Shown here piece by piece: positions 50,013 to 59,726 of a stretch of DNA of 64,000 nucleotides. Source of the stretch: an uncultured Clostridium sp. (GTDB taxonomy: Bacteria; Bacillota; Clostridia; Christensenellales; CAG-138); assembly GCA_900542285.1 (NCBI GenBank), contig UQNF01000005.1, forward strand, positions 1,185 through 65,184. The letters run 5' to 3'. The notes beneath the pieces are model-generated. The model had not been told where the DNA came from and did no database searches. It saw only the letters and a list, made by a program, of their open reading frames with translations. Within the stretch, counting starts at the first letter, position 1, and every line of letters begins with the position of its first letter. Both the position numbers and the translations under genes were made by a program.

Positions 50013-53000
50013 TTACGGCTCCGATTTATTTTCGTAAACAAAGCTCATCAGGGTGTTGATGACTGATTTTGCTGCATCAAACATCTCCTCAACGCTTTTG
50101 TTTCTGCGTTTTATGACGATGGCCGTCTCGCTGCCTCCTATTACGGATGCGCCCTCGACAGAGGGAATATTTGTCACCAGCTTTACAGGATCGATATTGG
50201 TGCTGCTGTCGATCGAAATTCGAATTTCACCGGTTTTTACCGAAATCTTGGTAATACCCATATTCGATGCGCGCGCCTTATAGAGCGAGATGTCCAGCAG
50301 GTTCTGCACAGGCTTTGGAATATCGCCGAAGCGATCGATGAATTCATCCTGCACGTCGCTCATCTCGTCGATATTCGTGACCGAAGCTATGCGCCTGTAC
50401 ATCTGCATCCTTGTCTCTTCCCGGGTGATGTATTTCTTTGGAATATAGGCGTCGATCGGGATTTCCATGACGGTATCGACACTGACCTTGACAGGTTCTC
50501 CCTTGGCTTCCTTTATTGCGGAGTCTATGAGCTTGCAGTACATCTCATAGCCCACTGCCTCCATATGACCGTGCTGCTCCGCGCCCAGAAGCTCGCCGGC
50601 GCCCCTTATCTCAAGGTCGCGCATGGCAATACGGAAGCCCGAACCGAACTGCGTGAACTGCCTTATTGCCGCAAGACGTTTGGCTGCCGTTTCTGTCAAT
50701 ACCTTGTCGGCTTCGAATGTGAAGTAAGCGTAGCCAAGCCTTGATCCCCTGCCAATGCGCCCACGGAGCTGATAGAGCTGTGAAAGCCCAAAGCAGTCGG
50801 AGTTCTGCACTATGAGCGTATTTGCGTTGCGAATATCGATGCCGTTTTCTATAATCGTGCTGCAAAGGAGCACATCAAACCTATTCTCGATAAAGTCCAG
50901 CATAGTCTTTTCGAGCTGCTGCTCCGGCATCTGGCCATGGGCATAGACGACCCTTGCTTCGGGAACGAGCTTTGACAGCCTCTCTGCGAACAGGTCCATA
51001 CCCTTGACATTGTTGTATAGGTAAAACACCTGTCCTCCCCTGCCGAGCTCCTTCAATATCGCTTCACGAACAAGGCGATCGGAATACTCCGTTACATAGG
51101 TCTGTACCGGAAAGCGTTCCTGCGGTGGGGTATCAATGACGCTCATATCGCGTATTCCGCTCATGCTCATGTGAAGAGTTCGTGGGATCGGCGTTGCGGA
51201 AAGGGTCAGCACATCAACATTTTGCTTCATGTTCTTTATCTGTTCCTTGTGGTTTACGCCAAACCGCTGTTCCTCATCTATAATCAGAAGCCCCAAGTCG
51301 TAGAATTTCACGTCCTTTGCCAACAGACTGTGGGTGCCGATTATCACATCTATCTCACCGTTTTCAAGCTTGTGCTTGATCTCCCTGCTCTCCGCCGCAG
51401 TTCTGAACCTTGAAAGAAGCTCAACACGAACCGGAAAATCGGCAAAGCGAGAAGTCAAGGTGTTATAGTGCTGCTGGGCAAGGATGGTAGTCGGGACGAG
51501 AAAAGCACATTGCTTGCCGTCCATGACGCACTTGAACGCAGCACGCAGCGCAACCTCCGTCTTTCCATAGCCGACATCGCCGCAGAGCAGCCTATCCATT
51601 ATTCTATCGGACTCCATATCCTTCTTGATCTCTTCGATAGAAGAAAGCTGATCCGGAGTTTCGTTGAACGGAAAGCTGAGCTCAAGCCTGCGCTGCCAAT
51701 CGGTATCCGGTGAAAAACGAAAGCCCTTGCGCCTTGAGCGTTCGCCGTAAAGCTTAACAAGGTCAAATGCAAGATGCTTTACGCTGTCCCGGGTCCGCGC
51801 AACGGTCTTTTGCCATTCGGTTGAGCCGAGTTTAGACAGCTTTTGCTTTTCAACATCTCCGCCGATGTATTTCTGTACCCTGTCCAGCTGATCAGTCGGG
51901 ATATAGACCTTATCGCCGCCCTGATAGCAAAGCTCGATATAATCACGGGTTTTGCCGTCCACGGTCAGGGAAGATACGCCATTGAATCTTCCTATTCCAT
52001 GACGCTCATGGACTATCAAATCTCCGGGCGAAAGCTCCGCAAGCGATAGCATGTTCTTGCTGCGCTTGGGTGCTGTCGCCTGACGGCGAAACTCTGCGCC
52101 AAACAGCTCATGCTCCGAAATCACCGCAAGCGAAAGCTCCGGGTATTCGAAGCCCATCGGTATGCTCTCTCCGATTATGCTGACTTCACGAGGGATGATC
52201 TCGCGTTCCAAATGCGGAATTATAGGAGCTTCCAGGTCCAGCTCCGCAAACAGATCCTTGACCCTCTGCGCGTGCTCGCCTGCATAGACAAGCACAGAAT
52301 AATCCTTTTTCTTCCACCCGGTTATGTCCTGCCTGAGCGCATCGTCCAGGCCCTGAACACCCAGCATATACTTTGGGATCTGCATGGTCTCAAACTTGAC
52401 CACTGCGTTGGGCCTTATCAGGTTATAGCTCCGTGAAAACGCAAACAGCATTGCGCTTCTTTTGGTATTGAGCCGCTCGATCGTATAGCTTGCGGTGTGG
52501 ACAAGCCCCTCCTGAAGCGGATGCCCCTCATTCGCGGCAAGCACGTCTCCAAGCTCGTTCATAAATGAGGTGTAAACATACTTTGCGCTCTCATCGATCC
52601 TTGCAGGTTCGTCTATAAGGATAATGCTGTTATCGGGAAGGTAATCGATAAGGCAGTATTCTTGGGGACTGAACAACGGAAGCAGCGCAAGCGCATTGTC
52701 CGGCACTCCTCCGGCCCGAAGCTTCTCGGTTTCAGGCTCATATCGCGAGTATTTTCTCAGCGCTGCAATTCCCTTCTGCCGCATATCCCGTGTCAGCGGA
52801 AGCTCAGTTGCAGGCGGTATACTGATGCTCATCACGTTTTCTATTGAACGCTGCGTGAGCGGATCATACTCCCTCATGGTATCGACTTCGTCATCAAAAA
52901 ACTCGATACGAACGGGATTATCGGATGTCACCGGAAATATATCTATACAGCCTCCGCGCTGGGTGACCTGTCCCCTTCCCTCGCACACTTCAACACGCTC

Positions 53001-53489
53001 ATAGCCGGCATCGATAAAGTGCTTCAATAGGGATTTGGGTTCTATGGTCATGCCGACCCTAACGGTCCTTGAATAGCCTGCGATCGCTTCCGGCATCACC
53101 ATCCGCTGCATCAGTGCCTCGATGCTTGCGACTATCACAAAGCCGCCATCTCCATTCACAAGCCTGTTGATAACCCTCATTCGCTGCATAGTAAGCTCTT
53201 GGGACTGAACAAAGCTGTGAGCGTTCAGCGGCACTTCCCTTGCAGGAAAGAGCATTGCGTCCGGATGATATGCGGACACCGCTTCCAATGTCTGCTTCGC
53301 ATAGTGTGCGCTCGGCGCAACAAAGAGCGTTACACCGCTTAAGTCCGCGTGAAGCGCACTTGCAGCATGCATGCGCTGGGCTTCGCCAAGCCCGAATACG
53401 CTGACTGGGCCCTCGCCTTTCGCAAGTGCCTCTCTTAGCCGGACATAGTTCTGCGATCTGCCGAGTACCGAAAAGAGTGGGTTCTGCAT
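50013..53489 (-). CDS. mfd: Transcription-repair coupling factor
   Basis: 1158 aa. UvrB-homology N-terminus, CarD-like RNAP-interaction domain (GDLIVHERHGIGRF), helicase motifs GDVGYGKTEVA and DEEQRFG, and the TRG motif region. Confidence 0.96.
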   Translation of the reverse strand: MQNPLFSVLGRSQNYVRLREALAKGEGPVSVFGLGEAQRMHAASALHADLSGVTLFVAPSAHYAKQTLEAVSAYHPDAMLFPAREVPLNAHSFVQSQELTMQRMRVINRLVNGDGGFVIVASIEALMQRMVMPEAIAGYSRTVRVGMTIEPKSLLKHFIDAGYERVEVCEGRGQVTQRGGCIDIFPVTSDNPVRIEFFDDEVDTMREYDPLTQRSIENVMSISIPPATELPLTRDMRQKGIAALRKYSRYEPETEKLRAGGVPDNALALLPLFSPQEYCLIDYLPDNSIILIDEPARIDESAKYVYTSFMNELGDVLAANEGHPLQEGLVHTASYTIERLNTKRSAMLFAFSRSYNLIRPNAVVKFETMQIPKYMLGVQGLDDALRQDITGWKKKDYSVLVYAGEHAQRVKDLFAELDLEAPIIPHLEREIIPREVSIIGESIPMGFEYPELSLAVISEHELFGAEFRRQATAPKRSKNMLSLAELSPGDLIVHERHGIGRFNGVSSLTVDGKTRDYIELCYQGGDKVYIPTDQLDRVQKYIGGDVEKQKLSKLGSTEWQKTVARTRDSVKHLAFDLVKLYGERSRRKGFRFSPDTDWQRRLELSFPFNETPDQLSSIEEIKKDMESDRIMDRLLCGDVGYGKTEVALRAAFKCVMDGKQCAFLVPTTILAQQHYNTLTSRFADFPVRVELLSRFRTAAESREIKHKLENGEIDVIIGTHSLLAKDVKFYDLGLLIIDEEQRFGVNHKEQIKNMKQNVDVLTLSATPIPRTLHMSMSGIRDMSVIDTPPQERFPVQTYVTEYSDRLVREAILKELGRGGQVFYLYNNVKGMDLFAERLSKLVPEARVVYAHGQMPEQQLEKTMLDFIENRFDVLLCSTIIENGIDIRNANTLIVQNSDCFGLSQLYQLRGRIGRGSRLGYAYFTFEADKVLTETAAKRLAAIRQFTQFGSGFRIAMRDLEIRGAGELLGAEQHGHMEAVGYEMYCKLIDSAIKEAKGEPVKVSVDTVMEIPIDAYIPKKYITREETRMQMYRRIASVTNIDEMSDVQDEFIDRFGDIPKPVQNLLDISLYKARASNMGITKISVKTGEIRISIDSSTNIDPVKLVTNIPSVEGASVIGGSETAIVIKRRNKSVEEMFDAAKSVINTLMSFVYENKSEP

Positions 53490-53499
53490 CCGAATCCTC

Positions 53500-54018
53500 C
53501 TATATCAGCTCCACATAAAAAACTGCTGAAAGGGAAGCCGTTTCTTCAGTGTACTTCCCGTCCGTCATTACCGCCGCTCTTCCCTCTGACGGTGAATAGA
53601 TTACGACGAATTGCTTATCTGACAGACAAAAACTCAGCTTCTCTCCTGACGGAACAAAGCGCAGCGATCCCTTTGCCCTGCCCTTTCTGAGCATAAGGTT
53701 AAGGTCGCTTGCCCTGCCCTCGCAGTGTGTATCCGCCCCTCCGTCAAATCGATGAATGCTCGACATTGGTTTCACCCTTATGCTGTCGCCGCTATTGTGG
53801 GTGAGAAGCATTTCACCGCTTAAGCAAGCGATGAGCCTTTCGTAATCCGGAAGCGAGGTGAAATCGGAGCTGTCAAGCTCCACCTCCGCCGTGCTGATTC
53901 TGAATAGGAAATTCCTGTCCGAATACCTTTCTCCAACGGGAAAGATGAAGATCTCCGTGGTCCTGCCTCCTGACCAGCTTGATACGGGCATGGAATCCTT
54001 GCTGATAATATTGCGCAT
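53500..54018 (-). CDS. HutD/Ves-family cupin-like protein
   Basis: 172 aa. N-terminal W.GG.T.EI..P pattern (SSWSGGRTTEIFIFP) typical of HutD. Confidence 0.55.
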   Translation of the reverse strand: MRNIISKDSMPVSSWSGGRTTEIFIFPVGERYSDRNFLFRISTAEVELDSSDFTSLPDYERLIACLSGEMLLTHNSGDSIRVKPMSSIHRFDGGADTHCEGRASDLNLMLRKGRAKGSLRFVPSGEKLSFCLSDKQFVVIYSPSEGRAAVMTDGKYTEETASLSAVFYVELI

Positions 54019-54220
54019 ATTGCTGCCTTTCTTCTAAACGGCTTTTGCCCGAAAGCCTTGTGCCCCCGGGTATCAAATATGTTACATGGTGATTATACCC
54101 TCAATCCGTGTGAAATACAAGCGTTTACACGGAATATCGAATCATCAGCCTAAAAAGGAATTGCAAATTAACCGCTTGTACTCTATAATAACCAGGTGAT
54201 TTTCGATAGGAGATGAAAAC

Positions 54221-55162
54221 ATGCAGAATCGCAATGCATATAAGAAGCTTAGAAGCTCGCTGCTTCTCGTTCTGGCAGCCGTAATATGGGGCGCAACGTT
54301 TGTCGCCCAGAGCAGTGCGATGGATCACATCGAACCGTTCACCTTCAATTCAATTCGCTTCCTGATCGGGGCGATAGTACTTCTCCCGTTCATTCCGGAG
54401 CTAAGAAGAAAAAGGGATCCGAATAAGCAGACGGAAATCCTTCCTCTCCCGGCAGGCAAGAGCAGGACATGGCTTATAGTCGGCAGCATGCTTTGCGGCG
54501 CAGCTCTATTCACTGCATCAAGTCTTCAGCAGACCGGGATCTCACTCGGAGATTCCATCGGGAAAGCAGGCTTCATTACCTCGCTTTACATCATACTCGT
54601 CCCCATTTTGGGTATTCTTTTCAGGAAAAAAGCCGGATATCTTGTATGGATAAGCGCAGCGATCGCGCTTGTCGGTATGTATCTCCTGTGCGTCAAGCAG
54701 GGTTTCGCGCTCGAAGTATCCGACATTCTCTACCTGCTATGCGCATTCTTTTTTGCGATACATATCCTTCTTATTTCCGTCTATGCGCCGTACCTCAGCA
54801 GCTGTGCGCTCAGTGCGATCCAGTTTGCAACGGCTGCGGTTCTAAGCGGAATATGTATGTTTATTTTCGAAACTCCGGATATCCACGCTATTCTTGCCGC
54901 ATATAAACCCCTTTTGTATGCCGGCATATTTGCATGCGGCATAGCCTACACCCTTCAGGTGGTCGGGCAGAGGGATCTTGACCCCACGATAGCGTCTCTC
55001 ATCATGTGCCTTGAATCGGTCGTATCCGTCGTTTCCGGCGCGCTTATCTTGCATCAGACGATGACCACAAGGGAGCTTATCGGCTGCATTGTCATGCTGA
55101 TCGCGACGGTGCTTGCGCTGCTTCCGACAAAAGAAAGCAAAAAGCCTCATAAAAATGCATAA
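54221..55162 (+). CDS. DMT-superfamily (EamA-like) transporter
   Basis: 313 aa with ten hydrophobic helices in two EamA-like halves. Confidence 0.85.
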   Translation: MQNRNAYKKLRSSLLLVLAAVIWGATFVAQSSAMDHIEPFTFNSIRFLIGAIVLLPFIPELRRKRDPNKQTEILPLPAGKSRTWLIVGSMLCGAALFTASSLQQTGISLGDSIGKAGFITSLYIILVPILGILFRKKAGYLVWISAAIALVGMYLLCVKQGFALEVSDILYLLCAFFFAIHILLISVYAPYLSSCALSAIQFATAAVLSGICMFIFETPDIHAILAAYKPLLYAGIFACGIAYTLQVVGQRDLDPTIASLIMCLESVVSVVSGALILHQTMTTRELIGCIVMLIATVLALLPTKESKKPHKNA

Positions 55163-55252
55163 CAGGCGTTGGACTTGTTGCCAATTCTGCTGTTAAGTAG
55201 TATAATAGAGTATTGGGAGTGAAATACTCTTACCAAATAATTGAAGGTGTTT

Positions 55253-56635
55253 ATGAGCTATAAATTCAAAGCTAACGATAGAATACATTTTATTGGCATC
55301 GGCGGTTGTTCGATGAACGGACTGGCGCAGATCCTTCAGCACCGCGGCTGCATTGTTGAAGGCTCTGACAAGACCACTTCGCCCTTTACCCAAAGGCTTG
55401 CAGAGGTTGGTATTCCCGTTCAGATCGGACAATGTGCCGAAAACGTAAAAGACTGCGACTGCGTGGTCTATTCCGCTGCGATTAAGAGCGACAATCCCGA
55501 GCGCATCCGCGCAAGGGAGCTTGGTATTCCTGAGATCGAACGTTCGGTCGCGCTTGGCATGATAAGCGAGGGTTATAAGGATGTCATCGGAATCGCAGGG
55601 TGTCACGGCAAGACCACGATAACCTCCATGCTTGCTCTCATCAGCGAGTTTGGCGGTATTGATGCAACCGTCCATGTCGGTGGTATGGTCGATTTTCTGC
55701 ACGGCGGCATCCGTTTGGGCTCGCACGACCTTTTCATTACGGAGGCTTGCGAGTATGTGGAAAGCTTTTTGACCCTGCATCCGACGGTTGTCCTTATCAA
55801 CAACATAGATAATGACCATCTTGACTATTTCAAGACATTCGATAATATTGTCAACGCTTTCCGCAAGTTCTTGGATCGTATGCCCGAGGATGGACTTTTC
55901 ATAGGGTGTACCGATGATGCAAGCGTACGCAGACTTATCTCGGAATTCAGCGGCAGGACCATAACATATGGCCTTGACACGGAGAATGAGCCGGATTACT
56001 ACCCTGCAAATATCAGCTATGATGAGCTTGGCTGCGCAAGGTTCGACCTCATGCACAAGGGCGACGGAATCCTTGGAAGGATTATCCTTCACGTCCCGGG
56101 AAGGCATAATATGCTCGATGCCATTGCCGCTGCTTCAGCCGCACTAGCCCACGGGGCTGAATTCTCCGCCATTGCGCAGGCACTCGCGGCTTTCCGTTCC
56201 GTGCAGCGCAGATTTGAATTCTACGGCGAAAACGCCAAGGGAGTCAGGATCTACCACGATTACGCACACCACCCTGCGGAGATCCGTGCAGCGATCGACT
56301 GCGCAATGCGCACCCCTCACAATAAGCTCTATATCGTCTTCCAGTGCAACAGCTTTACAAGAGCGAAGACACTGTTCACGCAAGGTGTGGACTGTTTCTG
56401 CGGAGCGGACTATGTGCTTGTGCCGGACATTTACCCCGGAAGGGAAATAGATGACGGGAGCGTTCATGCCCGCGATATGGTTAAAGCTATCAATGATGAG
56501 ACAGATAATGCTCTTTACATTCCATCCTTTGAGCTTATCAAACAGTATTTGGACGAACATGCCGAAAAGAATGACATCGTCCTTACCTTAGGGAGCGGAG
56601 ATGTATATAAGAAAACAAGGTTGTTCCTTGATTGA
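55253..56635 (+). CDS. murC: UDP-N-acetylmuramate--L-alanine ligase
   Basis: Start at MSYKF. Motifs HFIGIGGCSMNGLA, GIAGCHGKTTITSM and DYAHHPAEI. Confidence 0.94.
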   Translation: MSYKFKANDRIHFIGIGGCSMNGLAQILQHRGCIVEGSDKTTSPFTQRLAEVGIPVQIGQCAENVKDCDCVVYSAAIKSDNPERIRARELGIPEIERSVALGMISEGYKDVIGIAGCHGKTTITSMLALISEFGGIDATVHVGGMVDFLHGGIRLGSHDLFITEACEYVESFLTLHPTVVLINNIDNDHLDYFKTFDNIVNAFRKFLDRMPEDGLFIGCTDDASVRRLISEFSGRTITYGLDTENEPDYYPANISYDELGCARFDLMHKGDGILGRIILHVPGRHNMLDAIAAASAALAHGAEFSAIAQALAAFRSVQRRFEFYGENAKGVRIYHDYAHHPAEIRAAIDCAMRTPHNKLYIVFQCNSFTRAKTLFTQGVDCFCGADYVLVPDIYPGREIDDGSVHARDMVKAINDETDNALYIPSFELIKQYLDEHAEKNDIVLTLGSGDVYKKTRLFLD

Positions 56636-56726
56636 TGCTCTCAATAGCCGCGCACGATAAGGCACGGAAACAGAAGCTCAATGCCAATTTGATGGTATCG
56701 TAAACAGAAGTATAACGAAAAAACAT

Positions 56727-56755
56727 GCTACGGCTGCATTTCTCGCAGCCGTAGC
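56727..56755. terminator. Bidirectional terminator between murC and the double-GNAT gene
   Basis: Perfect 11-bp stem GCTACGGCTGC-ATTTCTC-GCAGCCGTAGC preceded by an A-run. Confidence 0.75.
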
Positions 56756-56816
56756 TTATGTGTCAGCTGATTTATTTGGGCGGTGAGCCGGCTTTCCGAT
56801 CCCCCGCCGAATTCAA

Positions 56817-57749
56817 TTATTCTGTATGCGCAAAAGTCGATCCCAATCTGACATCAAAACCAAGCGCCCTATACATTCCTTCGTCGCAAGGAGAGCAGCA
56901 AACGGTCAGGCTTGAAACGGTATTATCACTGCACCATTGCTGTGCTGCCTGCGCAAGCTTCCTTGCCGCGCCTTTCCTGCGGAACGCAGGTTCGATATAG
57001 AAATCATCGAACACGCCGGTATCAGAACAGGCAAAAGTTGAGAAGCATTTTGCGACGCTGCACATTCCTACTGCGCGGTAGCCACGCTTCGCCATGAAGA
57101 ATGTGATTTTTCCATCTCGAATCGCCTGCTGCAGCTTCTCCTGTTTTTCCTCCGTCAGCATTTGCTCGCCGATCTCCTTTAGGAATCCATTCTCCAGCTT
57201 TTTGAGCTGCCAGTCCTCCGGGTCTGATAGGATTTCGACAGTAATGGGAACTTCATCTTTCGGGGGCAATATCATCAGCGGTTCACCCCACTCGTCGACT
57301 CCGTTTTCAACAAAGCCTAAGCTTTCCCAGAAACGGAACCGTCGCTCATTGCTGCCATAGTTCAGTTCTGCATAGAGTGCGCCGTTTTCTCTTGCCCAAT
57401 CTATGAGCACGGCAGCGCACGCTTTGCCTGTTCCGCTGCCCCGGAACTCCGGATAGACGCAGTATTCCATGATAAAACATTTGCCGTCCTCCGTGTTGAA
57501 TATGACCGGCATGGCAAAACCTATGTCTTGGCCATTCCTATGGAAGAACAGGTAATGGCAGCGATCCTGCGGCCTATCATGTATCTTTTGCATATCCGCC
57601 CGGTATTCGGTATCACTGAGGAAGTATTCTCTGTCCTCGTCCTCCGGGTTTGGAAAGATATCCCGAATAAAATAGATTCGAAGCTGCTGCCAAAACACAG
57701 CAATATCCTGTTCCGTGACTGCTTCACGGATGGTGATTTGGTTTTTCAT
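56817..57749 (-). CDS. Tandem GNAT-domain acetyltransferase
   Basis: 310 aa. Two GNAT-like halves with motifs EFRGSGTGKACAA and AFRRKGAARKLAQ. Confidence 0.7.
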   Translation of the reverse strand: MKNQITIREAVTEQDIAVFWQQLRIYFIRDIFPNPEDEDREYFLSDTEYRADMQKIHDRPQDRCHYLFFHRNGQDIGFAMPVIFNTEDGKCFIMEYCVYPEFRGSGTGKACAAVLIDWARENGALYAELNYGSNERRFRFWESLGFVENGVDEWGEPLMILPPKDEVPITVEILSDPEDWQLKKLENGFLKEIGEQMLTEEKQEKLQQAIRDGKITFFMAKRGYRAVGMCSVAKCFSTFACSDTGVFDDFYIEPAFRRKGAARKLAQAAQQWCSDNTVSSLTVCCSPCDEGMYRALGFDVRLGSTFAHTE

Positions 57750-57917
57750 TTTAGTCCTCCGATAATTCTATTGGAGGGTTATGAAGCGTGAACCCTCCGT
57801 ACACGACTCATCATCATATAAATACCACCCTTTCCGTCTATGACATTAATTTGAATTCTGCTATATTGCAGCAATGGAGCTTGCATTAGTATCGCAGCTC
57901 CATCATTCAGCTATTTA

Positions 57918-58847
57918 TCAGTCGCTTGCCAAGTCGTTGAAGTCGTTAGCCTGTTCAACTCCGACCCTTGGGCCGACGCGTCCTGCAAGCATGTATTTAT
58001 CCTTTATCGGGTCGTAGAAGAACTGCTTTATCAAGCGCAAGTTTTCTATTGCGCCCGTCGACGGAACATGCGTTCTGGGTCCGGTGCAGGCATGGACCCT
58101 ATCTCCGATCTTGATATGTCCCTCGTCCAAATAGTAGATACCGATATCCTGCTTAATTGCCTCGAGAACATCGGCTTCAAGCTTGTCTATATCAAAATCC
58201 GGCTTTTCCGTAAATTCAAGAACAAATCCGTGTTTGATATCGCCATGATGGCAATTCCTCATGTACTTCTCAGGCAGATATATCTCGCAGAGATCTTCTG
58301 CCGAATGCGCCATACGCCTGTACACGATTGATCTTGCGACCTTTCTGTGTATCTCACCCGGAAGCGGACCAAATATCGTCGGACGGTTAATGATTATTTC
58401 CTCGCCTACCCCGATCAGCAGGTTTGCATTCGTTCCGAGGAACGGGAAAATCATGTCAAAATGCTCAACTATAACACGCTTGCCATTCTTAACAGCACGC
58501 AGTATCGCTTCCGCCAGCGTATGCATCTGGGTGAAAGCGGCCTCAAAGCGAATGTCCACATGATATGTGTGCGCAGTAAAGAAGCCTTCATCGTCCTGAT
58601 CCAACAGCGGAAGCGGACGCATATTCACGCCGTTATCGTCATTGGTCAGTTCAAGCCCCGGAAACATTCCCTTGATCAGCATACTCTTACCCGATCCGGC
58701 TTCACCTATTATGCCGATGAGCTTGTCATACGGGCTCAGATACATCTGCGCTATCTGCATACCAAGATCATAGATCCTATCCCTGCCCCTTGGCGCAAAG
58801 AAGACGCTGTAATAGTGACTGTTCTGCATTTTGCCTGAAAAAGACAT
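57918..58847 (-). CDS. P-loop NTPase fused to a tRNA-SAD/AlaX-like C-terminal segment (hypothetical)
   Basis: Walker A GEAGSGKS near the N-terminus. The C-terminal HHGDIKH and VHACTGPRTHVPSTGAIENL resemble the His/Cys zinc motifs of the Ala/Thr-tRNA synthetase second additional domain. Confidence 0.45.
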   Translation of the reverse strand: MSFSGKMQNSHYYSVFFAPRGRDRIYDLGMQIAQMYLSPYDKLIGIIGEAGSGKSMLIKGMFPGLELTNDDNGVNMRPLPLLDQDDEGFFTAHTYHVDIRFEAAFTQMHTLAEAILRAVKNGKRVIVEHFDMIFPFLGTNANLLIGVGEEIIINRPTIFGPLPGEIHRKVARSIVYRRMAHSAEDLCEIYLPEKYMRNCHHGDIKHGFVLEFTEKPDFDIDKLEADVLEAIKQDIGIYYLDEGHIKIGDRVHACTGPRTHVPSTGAIENLRLIKQFFYDPIKDKYMLAGRVGPRVGVEQANDFNDLASD

Positions 58848-58906
58848 ATTCTTACCAACCTTCTATTATAACAGGGACAGCTATCCCCGATGATTCTTGC
58901 AAATTC

Positions 58907-58935
58907 ATTATAGTATAGCTATCGATTATTTGCAA
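58907..58935 (-). promoter_or_regulatory. SigmaA-type promoter for the P-loop/SAD-like gene
   Basis: Minus strand: TTGCAA, 17 nt, TATAAT. Confidence 0.55.
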
Positions 58936-58964
58936 GCCGCATTTCTTGGTAGGCTCCTGCAGTT

Positions 58965-59414
58965 CTATCTATGGACATACATCCTTGTCATTTCTTCCTC
59001 TCCATCCCCTTGGACCATACACAGGAATTCCCATCCGTAACGCTCATAGAATGAATCATGGTCTGTGACGAGGTAGAGGGTCTCTATTCCCCTATTCCTC
59101 ATATCGCTGCGAACATAATCCAGCAGTTTTCCTGCAATACCTTGCCTGCGGTATTCCTTCTCCACATACAGCGCACACAGGTTGGGCGTCAAATCAGGTC
59201 TGTCGTGAAAATCATTGGCAATTATGCCGCAGCCGGCAATTATCCTGTCCCCATCTACGACATTGTACCACTGCGGAACTGCGTTGTCGCCGCTCAGGCA
59301 ATCGTCCATGCTTTCAAGATATGCTTCGATGGGAATATTGAATTTGCTGTTAAACCATTCGGCCGCCCTCTGCTTCATTTCGGGGCAGTCAATGACCCTG
59401 ACGATCCTGTACAT
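58965..59414 (-). CDS. GNAT-family N-acetyltransferase (last gene of the RiPP-like operon)
   Basis: Start at MYRIVRV with a GGAGAAAGGG RBS. Motif YRRQGIAGKLL. It begins 42 nt downstream of the PqqD-like gene on the same strand. Confidence 0.75.
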   Translation of the reverse strand: MYRIVRVIDCPEMKQRAAEWFNSKFNIPIEAYLESMDDCLSGDNAVPQWYNVVDGDRIIAGCGIIANDFHDRPDLTPNLCALYVEKEYRRQGIAGKLLDYVRSDMRNRGIETLYLVTDHDSFYERYGWEFLCMVQGDGEEEMTRMYVHR

Positions 59415-59456
59415 CCCTTTCTCCTTTTCACGCTTCAATAACTGTTTTACTATATC

Positions 59457-59726
59457 TTACTCTATGTTAAGTATGCCTGCCTCAATCAGCTTTTCCGTGA
59501 ATTCATGTACATCAGCAGTCAATGTCTCTCTGTCGATCTCATATTCCTGCAGGAGCCTGTCGACTATTTCATGCTCCTCCAAGCCATCACAGTAAAGCTC
59601 ATATATGGCAGCGGCGGTCTCGGACATGGGAAACACACCGTTAAGCTTCATGTTTTCGCTTCCGACCGGAACCAAAACATGGTCGCCGATTATCTCCCTA
59701 TGAATAAAGCCTTTATTTATTTTCAT
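59457..59726 (-). CDS. PqqD-family protein (RiPP recognition element-like)
   Basis: 89 aa. Pattern ...HVLVPVG...LNGVFPMSETAAAIYELYCDG...EIVDRLLQEYEID...DVHEFTEKL is typical of PqqD/RRE. It overlaps the radical SAM gene by 14 nt. Confidence 0.75.
   Translation of the reverse strand: MKINKGFIHREIIGDHVLVPVGSENMKLNGVFPMSETAAAIYELYCDGLEEHEIVDRLLQEYEIDRETLTADVHEFTEKLIEAGILNIE

Noticed and set aside
55193-56107. 304-aa minus-strand ORF
   Set aside because: It is antisense to murC, whose motifs are unambiguous. It has no RBS or recognisable domain.
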